Of a DNA stretch of 64,000 nucleotides, positions 54,394-64,000 are shown in pieces; the stretch's first letter is position 1; each line of letters begins with the position of its first letter. The translations under genes were made by a program, and so were the position numbers. The notes beneath the pieces were generated by a model. The model did no database searches. It was not told the origin of the DNA and was given only the letters and a program-made list of their open reading frames with translations. Source of the stretch: Adineta vaga (lineage: Eukaryota > Animalia > Rotifera); assembly GCA_021613535.1 (NCBI GenBank), contig CP075492.1, forward strand, positions 12,028,001 to 12,092,000, in the 5' to 3' direction.

Positions 54394-56118
54394 CTACTTA
54401 TTAAACATTCGATAATATAATTTTTGTTCATTTTTCTTTTGTTGATCAATAGCACGATCAAGTCGTTGAGCTTCATCAATTATTTCTGCATTGTATGGTT
54501 CAATTTGAATTGCCATATTAAGATGCGAACGTGCTTGATCAAATTGTTGTAATGTACGATAAGCAATACTAATACGAAATAAAGCTTTGATATTTTTCGG
54601 ATCTAATTGTAATGCTTCATTACAATTTTTAATTGTACGTTCACAATTTCGTAATTTTAAATAACATTGAGCTATTAGAATAAAAATCAAATCTTATTCC
54701 AAAGTTTGCAATGAATTTTACCTGAATTCAAATAAAGTTTAAGAAGTAATTCTTTACGTTGAATCGTTTGATGTTCATTAGTTGGAGTCGTTTTCAATAA
54801 AAATTGTTTTCCTTTTGCATAATATCGAACCGATCGTTCAAGATTATGTTTTGCATATTCATCCTAAATGATATCAGAAGAAAATATATTTAATTTACTT
54901 CGCGATCTTTTTTTTTTCATATTAAAAAAAGAAATTAAATACAATTTATCAATTCTAATTATCTTTTTCTTACATTTCCCATATCACGTAGTGTTTGTGC
55001 AATGCGCATTCGTTCATCGAAATCTTCCGTGATCTCATCATCGTTGGTTTTTAATTGATTAAGTTTTTCTACTAACGTATAATCAATCCATGAAATTAAT
55101 TCGATTACAAATAATGACCATGCTTTTGAAGGAATACGCGGTGGACAACCTAAGATATTTATAAAACATCAATAGAAATTCTAGCAAAATCAATCCTACA
55201 GACCATGTTCACCATAAAGTAAATCACTACTTATAATAAATTTTGCTCGTTCACGTCGTTGCATTGTTCGAACAGCTAAATCTAAACCAGGTAGAACATT
55301 AAATTTTCCCAATTGAAATTCACATGGTCGACGACGAATATACTAAAACTCAATTCATTCGTATTTCATCATAAAACAAAACTAACTTACAGTACTATCA
55401 TACGGTTCATCATTTAATTCAAAATATGCATTATAATGAACGCGTACAGTTGAACCGAGTGATGGTGTTTCACCTACACCTTCATAAATAACTTTTTTCC
55501 AAATTCCACCAGCTGCTTCACTACTTGGTATACCATCTAATGGTACACCATCATGACCATTTGTTTTAATTAAATGTTTCATACCACCGAGCTAGAAAAA
55601 CAAATCAAATTTAAAGAAAAAAAAAGAACACAATAAAAGTTGAAATCAAACTTGATCATCAAAATCTTGTGTATTATCGATTAATCTATGATTGAATAGA
55701 TCTCTTGGTGGTATTGTTGATTTCAATTCATCGTTAATGTAACGATCTGTATTCACGTGTTGATTTTCTTTGATATCATCCATTGCCATTTGAGTAGCAG
55801 CTCGAGCTAATTCAGCTGGATCAAGTTCAGTTTGATCTAATTCTAAGATTTGACCTTTACTTGAACATAATGTTTGCATATCAATGGGTTGACGAAGTTT
55901 TACATGACCATATTCTTCTTCACCATTTATTTCTTGTTTAGCTTTTGCACGAGCTGCTGCTTCTTCAGTCCATTCACCATATTCATCAAGATCCGCATCC
56001 TATAATTGATAATATATATATACAAATCCAATGATTTCTTTTACTTATAAAATTTATTATTTACATCATTGAGAAGTTCATGTAACGTTTGTTCACTTGT
56101 TTGATTTAATTTCGTCAT
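54394..56118 (-). CDS. FKBP6: FKBP6/Shutdown-like FKBP-PPIase + TPR co-chaperone (multi-exon)
   Basis: VKLRQPIDM, GIWKKVIYEGVG…VRVHYNAYFE..DEPYDST..RRRP, GLDLAV.TM…ERAKF…YG..GCPPRIP, LYLNSAQCYLK…KALFR (TPR), LYYRMF end. Confidence 0.85.
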
Positions 56119-57110
56119 GAGTGAAATCGAACTAAAAGAAATAGATATCGATCGATCTTTTTTCCATTTGAATAAATTCGTTAAATTCTGATATCAACGC
56201 TACTTTCAATGTGTAAATTAATACGAATGATGTCGCTAGTGTCTTTGAACAAAACTTTAGTAAAATTTATTTCTTGAGATTGAACTTCGTTATGTACTGT
56301 TTGAATTTCAAAGTGAACAATTCATTCAAAGCTAGATTCCGAACATTTATCGATTATTTTGTTGCTATGGAAAAGATGTAAAAGATTGGATATGGTGACA
56401 CATTGTGAGAAACAGAACTGCGTGTTAATCTTAATGGATTTACGATTTCTGAAATTAATTGATCCCTCTTTTATACTTATACGAAGCGATATCTAAGTGT
56501 GGCATTATATATTTTCTATTGCTTCTGAAATAGTTGCAGTGAAATTAATATCACAGTTATGTATTGAGCTTCCGCTACATCTGTACACAACATAGAAACC
56601 TTTTTTTGTTCTTTACATAGAATATTTTCTGCGTATATAAGTATTGTTTTAATGGGTGGAAGACACATGAAAAAGAAGCAATATAAACATGCATTAAACA
56701 AATCGATAAAGAACGAAATAATTTTAGCTAATATCGAGTAAAGAAAATTATTACTTGTACATTATTTCTTAGCATGTGATTTTGAATACAAAGCTAGTAG
56801 TTTATCCAATTGAAAGGTACTGTTTAGTAAGACGAAATGTATTACTTATTCTATCTGTTATTCTAAGTTAACAAATGATTACGTTTTTTTTGGTTATTAA
56901 AATTTTGTATTTTTATTCAAAAGTGACTACTTTCAAATCACTGTCCTTGATGTTTCATTTTGTTGTATGGCGTATGAAATTTTTTGATCCAAAAACAAAC
57001 AATTTATTGCTAAAGCTTCTCGTACTTCAATTTCTTTCTCTTACATTTTCCATTTACTGTTAGATTAATAATCATCTGATAGACATTTTGATCATTATTC
57101 ATTTAGAATC

Positions 57111-60100
57111 ATGGAAGTGGGTGAATCGAGCTATGCTCTTCTTACAGTAAGATATTCTATTAATTTAACTTCTTTTGTTTGACATGATATTCAATGATAG
57201 AGTCCATATGATAGTTTTATGCAAAAACATCTTCAACACTATGGTTATTTTACCGGTAAGTTTTGCTTGTAGTTTCAGAAACCAGATGGATAAGTTTGTG
57301 TTTATTAAGGTCGACAAGAAGTTGTAAAAAAGTATGGTTTTGTTCCATCAAAACCTCAATTAATATCATCATCAAGTGATGCAGACTCGAGTTCAGATGA
57401 TGAGGATCATGGTAATTATCTTTTGATTGTTCATTACATTTAAAATACGTATTTCCTATCAGCTCACGGTGGACGTCGTTCACCTCCAGAACATGTCGGT
57501 AGGTTTTCAATTAGTTTGCACGTATGGTTTACATTTTTGTTCGCATCATATACATAATATGTACTAATGAAGGGGTTTCACTGAAAAGATTTGAACAATC
57601 ACGATTGAGATACTATTCCTAAGTGAAATGATCGTCTTTCATTTATTTAGAATATAAAGGTAGACCAGTTATTGTGGATCCAAGAGCAGTAAGAGTTTGA
57701 AGTATATTTTGTATTCTGATTCTCAATGTATCCATTTAGTCTCTTCGACAAAATCGACTTAAATGTGGGTTATATTTACGTAGTCAAAATGATGAAAGTT
57801 CATTTGATCCACGATGGCCGATTGAAATTGAAGTATTACCGGAATCACGTGTTAGACATATTAATGTTGTACCAAAACAACACGAACCTTTCTATAAATC
57901 AAGTTTGTCATTCATTATTCATTTTCACTGATGGATTTTGATAAATTTAGCTGGTCATAATCATATGCCATTTGTTCGTAGTGTTAATGAAGATATTGGT
58001 CGTATAGTATTCAATTACAATCCAGAAACATGTGGTTATGTAAGTTATACATATGATCATATATTCAAGAAGTTTATTCTAATGAATAGTATGCACGATC
58101 TCGAATTGGTGGAAATCGAGATGGTTGTAGACCAGCTGCTATAAAAATTCGTGATTCCGAAGATACAACTGTTCTTTTTGAATCTCGTTTTGAAAGTGGA
58201 AATTTAATGAAAGCTGTTCAAATGTAAGAAATTAGATTCTACGTTCATTGTGATCATTTATTGATGTTTTAGTGGTGAATTTGAATATGAACTCTATCTT
58301 CGATATGATCTTTATACGAGACGTAATACACAATGGTACTATTTTCGTTTACAAAATATTCGATCAAATCAACGATATCGTTTTACAATTGTCAATTTTT
58401 TAAAAGTTATTATCGAACATTGTTTTTCAATTGAATCTTATTGAAACACATTTTAGACATCGAGTCTCTATAGTTATGGAATGCAACCATTAATGTACAG
58501 TATGCTTGATGCTGAACATAAAAATATTGGTTGGAGACGATGGGGTGAAGAGATTGTTTATTATAGAAATAATTTAACGTAAGAAAACACGAGTATTTGT
58601 TTATCTAAGAAAAAATCATTTGATGATCTTGTTTTAAGTGCACCTGATAAACCATCAGCTAATATGTATTCACTCACATGGACATGTAAATTCCCTAATG
58701 ATAATGATACATATTATTTTGCACATTGTTATCCATATACATATTCTGATTTACAAGTAATCATTCGTTTAAATTTCAGTTTCATTCTTTAGAAGAATCT
58801 AGTAATCTTTTAGGATTATTTAAATAGTATTCAAAGTGATAAAATCAAAGCTCAATATTGTAAACAGAAAGTTCTTTGTCGATCTTTAGCCGGTAATTTT
58901 GTTTATATGTTAACCGTAACAAGTCCAGTGACATCATCGACATTACCTGAACAACAAATTAAGAAAGGAGTTGTTGTTACTGCACGTGTTCATCCCGGTG
59001 AAACAAATGCTTCATGGATGATGAAAGGTTTATTAGATTTTTTACTAAGTAATTCAGCGGATGCAAAAGTATGAGAGAGAAATATTGAATTTCGAAAATA
59101 CATTGAAAAAGATTCTTTTGTAGCTTCTTCGAGATAATTTTGTTTTTAAAATTGTTCCAATGTTAAATCCCGATGGTGTTATTGTTGGTAATTATCGTTG
59201 TTCATTATCAGGACGAGATTTAAATCGAAATTATAAAACAATTTTAAAAGATGCTTATCCATCAATATGGCATACGAGAGAAATGATTAAAAGGTTGAAC
59301 TGTTATACTATTCTTGTAAAATAATCTTTAATGTGCACTTCTTCTTCTTCTAATAGATTTATGACGGAAATAGAAGTTGTGCTCTATTGTGATTTTCATG
59401 GTCATTCACGACGAAATAATGTTTTCATGTATGGATGTGAAAATAAACGCATACCAAAAGAACGATTCAAAGAGAGAATTTTTCCAGCAATATTTTCAAG
59501 AAATGATCCATCAAAAGTTTGTTTTTTAATTCTGAAAAATCTATCTATTTGGTATGTTGTAGTTTTCTTATTCATCATGCAGATTTAAAGTACAAAAACA
59601 AAAAGAAGGAACAGGAAGAGTATTGATGTGGTCCATGGGCATTAAAAATAGTTATACATTAGAGGTACAGATGTTCTTGGTATTTTGCAAAGCTGAATTC
59701 AACACTAACTGAATATGTTTATTTTAGTCAACATTTTGTGGATCGACACAAAATGAACAAGCTGGCCATCAATTTAATACAACAGATCTTGAATCGATTG
59801 GTTATCATTTTCTTGATTCTTTACTTGATTATGGAGATCCTGATCCAACTAAAGTAAGTTATTTTTATTACTTTATCTACATACATACATTACATTCCCA
59901 TTATCAATTGTAGCTTAGTCGATTATTAACAGCAGTAAAAGATGAATTACGAGAGACAATTCGAATGAAACTTATTTCACGTGGTATCAATCCTTCAACA
60001 ATATCAGATATTGATCTGGATCAATACTCATCGGACGATGATTCAAGGTATGAGAAAAAAAATACCCGATTTTGTTTTGTCTTCCGAAGAAATATATCAT

Positions 60101-62037
60101 GTTTGACTTCAGTGATGATGCCGGATCGGATTCTTCAGCCGATGATGGTTTACCCAAACATTTAGAAGTTATTGCTGCTGCCGCTGCTGCTGCTAAAGTA
60201 AATTGAACGATGAATTATTTCAAATGAATAACTTTTGTTTATAGGTTCGAGTAAAAAAAACGCGCAAGAAAAAAGAAATTGCAAAACCATCTAAAGAACC
60301 TAAGATAAAAGAAGAACTAGACAAAGAAAATATCGATAAAGTACAACTAATCAAACATCATCATTAAATATCTGATACCAAATTTCTCTTTAGAATAAAC
60401 CTGTTGGTTTAATCATGACTACATCTCGTAAATTCACTTTACCAAATATTGTAAGTTCTTAATGATTTTTTTTATCAAGAAGAATCTTTTGAATATTTGA
60501 ATTTAACTAGACTAGTGAATCAACTAAACAAATACAAACGCCAGCGACAACACGTCGAGGATTTGAAGATGATATAAATAATCGAGGAAGTCGATGGCCA
60601 GCGATTACAAGAATCAATAATAAACCATATCAAACAACACGAGTTGATGATAAAGCGCAACGAACACGAGTAATTAAAGTATGAAAGAAGTTTATTCTAT
60701 CTATCCTTTTATTTTGATTTGTAGAATATCTTCAATACGATTTATGGAAGAGGTAGATTATCTTATACTCCTATTCTTCTCTTATGTGTGTATGTTCTTC
60801 TGTAACAACTAAAATCAATGAGTTAATTCATATACTTCTCTAACTTCTACACTAATCCTAATTTAACGTCTTTTCTAGTGTATTTACTACATTTTTCTGT
60901 TATATTGTTATAAAAATATCAATATAATCAACAAGCCATGGCTATATTAACATATTTCGGGATGTTTTAACTACTACTATTTATCTAATTCAACAAAATA
61001 ACCGTAAGTCAACGACTAAAATCATATAATTTTGTTTTTCTGTCGCATTTTTTACTATCGATAATTTCATCACTGATATTTTCAGTTGTGATGCCAATAC
61101 GATATCTCTCAAGTGTGTACTCTGACAATGTCATCTAAAACTAACTATACTTATTAGTTTTCTACATTTCTCGATTGAACAAAAATGTATTCTATCGTTC
61201 TATACTAAAGGTACTGACAACGATACGGTTGCAAATTTAACAAACCTGACTACTGCGAGTTATCCTCTGCTAGCAGGACAGTCTCGATCGGATGACGTAT
61301 GCTTATAGATATTTTATATTTGTTTCCTATGGATAAGTTTTATATTTCTACAGGATTCTAGTATGAGAGTGATGACTGATAATCAAGGTGGATTCATTAT
61401 CAGTCGAATGCCAGCAGGTAATCAGAGTGATGATGGACGACCACAAGTTAATAACTATGTTTCGAATCGTGTCTCTGTACATTGTAAGTTTTACTTTTGA
61501 AGTAGAATTTGATTGAAAATAAAATCTGATTGTTTAGTAAATGAACGTTTAATTGGTCCATCTCGACCAACAAAGAAAATGAGATCACCGACTATAAATA
61601 TTATTCAATCTCAAACTGTACTCGATATACAAGCAATTCAACCTCCGATTCAAACAGGAGTAATTGATTATCTTCAGTTGATTGACACATCTATTTTTTT
61701 GACTTAATAGAATCCTAAACGTATTGCCGAACAGCAGGAACATCAACGGCAACGTATACTGACGGTGTTTGGTAAACAGGGATCAGCTGATTCTGTTGAT
61801 AGAATGAACAATTTACCAAAAAATTCTATACAATTACCAGCTTATGATAAAAACGTAGAAGATACACTATCCAATCAAGACGAATCATCGGCTACATTAT
61901 CTAAACCTGCTCCAAAACAACCGGATACTGAACCTATCAAAATAGTTTTTCGTTACGATCCATCACCATTAAATCAAGGATCGTCGCAAAACAAAGTTCA
62001 AGGAACTGGAAAAGTTTCGAAGAAAACAAAAGCATAG
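57111..62037 (+). CDS. AGBL2: Cytosolic carboxypeptidase 2/3 (tubulin deglutamylase, M14D), many exons
   Basis: [90 protein letters not shown], then a low-complexity tail. AGBL2 versus AGBL3 is not resolvable by eye. Confidence 0.92.
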
Positions 62038-63182
62038 TACCCATTCTCCATTCTTTAATCAACAACATCGAATGTGAAATAATACTACTTCGACAATCAA
62101 CATACTTTTATATTTTCATCATACTTCATATTTTTGATAGTCATTTTAACCTGTTATAAGATGTTCTTAAATCTGAATGAAATCTATATATTTTATTCAT
62201 GTTAATTGTCGAAATAAAAATCATAACCGGTTCATTAGAGCAATGCGTGTATGAAAAAGTTCTCAATCGTGATTTTCTTTCAAAGGTAAATGTGCTTGAG
62301 TGACATCTATATTGTATCATAGTACCTTTTGAGTAATGCTAATGTTGATGGCTGATGAAAAGAAAAAGATTAAAAAAATGAGAGAATAGTTTTCATAAGA
62401 GAAAAAAAAACATAATTAATTTCAAAATCTAAATCTATATAGATTGCTTATATTCGGAAAAAAAGAAGTACCTATAGCAATATTGAAATCGTATTCTAAC
62501 AAGTGTGAATACACTTTTTCATTATTTGATTGTACGAAGATATATATATATGCATGGAAATACATTGGAATGAACATTGTATTACTTCTGTACACTTATG
62601 ATCTGCTAATATTACTTTCACATTTTCTTACTATTAAACTTTATCAACAACATCACCATGAGTTTGCGTCATGGTAACCATCAGTGTTAGTCATAAACTA
62701 CTTTGAATTGAATTAATTGTTTCCACAAGTTATTCCATTCTTATCATCTTTCAAATCCATTGAAATTATACCAAGCGAATATTCTGCAGTAGAATCATGG
62801 TAAATATTCGTTGCTTTCTTTTTACATTATTCCTATTTAATAATGTTCATAGAACAGAACAATAGGTGTCGACAATAGTAGAAATGAATTATATAGTCAT
62901 AAGAAAAACTGCAGATTGGTAAATTAGATACAGTCACGTTCTTTAATTACATCCTCAAGGTGGTTTTTTTTCCTCTTGATATACGTCAATTAAGATCATA
63001 AAAGAAATGAATCATAGTTGATAATAATATATATACTTTGTGATATATCTTTGGATTTTTCAGTAACTCGATTACATGGACATACTTACGATTTTGAATC
63101 ATACCGAACGACTTATGACACTGAGTAAAAACAATTTCTAATCCATTGTTCTTCTATTTTTTTTCAGGTGGTATACATCTAA

Positions 63183-64000
63183 ATGGCTGATGTAAATGAA
63201 ATTGGATTTGAACTTAGTGCAGATGGTGATCAATCCTTGGATATTACCGAGAGTTGTCCATCACCTCCACCTCCATTTCATCGAAAAGTACCCGAACCCA
63301 ACATTATTGTTGAACCTCCAACAACATTTATCGATCAAGAACAAAACATTCCCATCAAAGTTATTGTTCCATTTGATAATATCTTTTTTCATGACGCCAA
63401 AACCTATCTATTCGACACAACATCCAATAATGATACGAAACGAAATGTATCAACGAAAACATCTCATCCAAGTTTTTTCCAACGTTTTCTAAACTTGTTT
63501 AATTTTTCAATACTTTCTCAAGATGATCTCGAATTCAATAGACAATGTGAACAATTATTACAATTAACAAAACATCCATGTAATATGACGGATCGTATTC
63601 ATATACGAATTTTATTTACAATTTATCGTCGTTTAACGCATTCAAAAGAAATTTTCTATAATACTTTGGGTTCACATTGGGAAGACATTGGTTTTCAATC
63701 AACAAATCCTGAAACAGATTTTCGTTCGACCGGTCTTTTTTCCATATTTTTTCTTCTCTATTTTGTTGATTCAATGTATTTACCATTAGCAAAACAAATC
63801 TATGTATTTTCCCATGATCAAATTCAAGAATTTCCCTTCTGTTGCGTGGGAATTAATTTAGCAAATATGTTAATAAAATATCTTCGACAACCGAATACAT
63901 CTCGAACGAATTTACGTAAATTATCGAATGAAAATACCGCAATTGATTTAGTAGGAAAATTATTCATTGCACTTTATTTAAATTTCTATTTGAAATGGCG
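63183..64000 (+). CDS. ELMOD3: ELMO-domain protein, ELMOD3-like (runs off the window end; absent from the ORF track)
   Basis: Open frame from ATG 63183: …HIRILFTIYRRLT…GSHWEDIGFQSTNPETDFRSTG…LAKQIY…QEFPFCCVGINL. Confidence 0.85.
   Translation, partial: MADVNEIGFELSADGDQSLDITESCPSPPPPFHRKVPEPNIIVEPPTTFIDQEQNIPIKVIVPFDNIFFHDAKTYLFDTTSNNDTKRNVSTKTSHPSFFQRFLNLFNFSILSQDDLEFNRQCEQLLQLTKHPCNMTDRIHIRILFTIYRRLTHSKEIFYNTLGSHWEDIGFQSTNPETDFRSTGLFSIFFLLYFVDSMYLPLAKQIYVFSHDQIQEFPFCCVGINLANMLIKYLRQPNTSRTNLRKLSNENTAIDLVGKLFIALYLNFYLKW

Noticed and set aside
63196-63492. 98-aa ORF in the track
   Set aside because: Alternative frame of the true ELMOD3-like ORF that starts at 63183.

Overview
AT-rich eukaryotic genomic DNA with densely packed genes and many short (~45-60 nt) GT-AG introns, so most ORFs in the supplied track are exon fragments or antisense shadows. 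Short introns, an ART-TPR gene, divergent class A GPCRs and bacterial-type enzymes among conserved metazoan genes point to a bdelloid rotifer (inference). I spliced the gene models by eye. In order they are: decayed ART-TPR; M6/PLP proteolipid; SPIN90/NCKIPSD-like; Rpn6/PSMD11; ependymin-like secreted protein; GPCR pseudogene; intact GPCR; SAM methyltransferase; Cys-rich secreted peptide; zinc ADH; FAK; C2H2 protein; B-box/propeller protein; KLF; PsuG-PsuK fusion; membrane protein; KLHL; Raw-like; Ig-domain protein; B-box protein; SDR; C-type lectin-EGF-STRA6 chimera; unknown gene; FKBP6/Shutdown; CCP2/3 (AGBL2/3); ELMOD3-like (truncated by the window edge). Best leads: (1) a STRA6-type retinol/lipid receptor carrying an N-terminal C-type lectin + EGF ectodomain; (2) two operon-like gene pairs with 62 and 91 nt spacers containing orphan splice acceptors; (3) horizontal-transfer candidates at different stages of domestication; (4) an unannotated secreted peptide with palindromic cysteine spacing. 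No rRNA, tRNA, CRISPR array or recognisable transposon was seen. All family assignments are from motif recall, not database searches.
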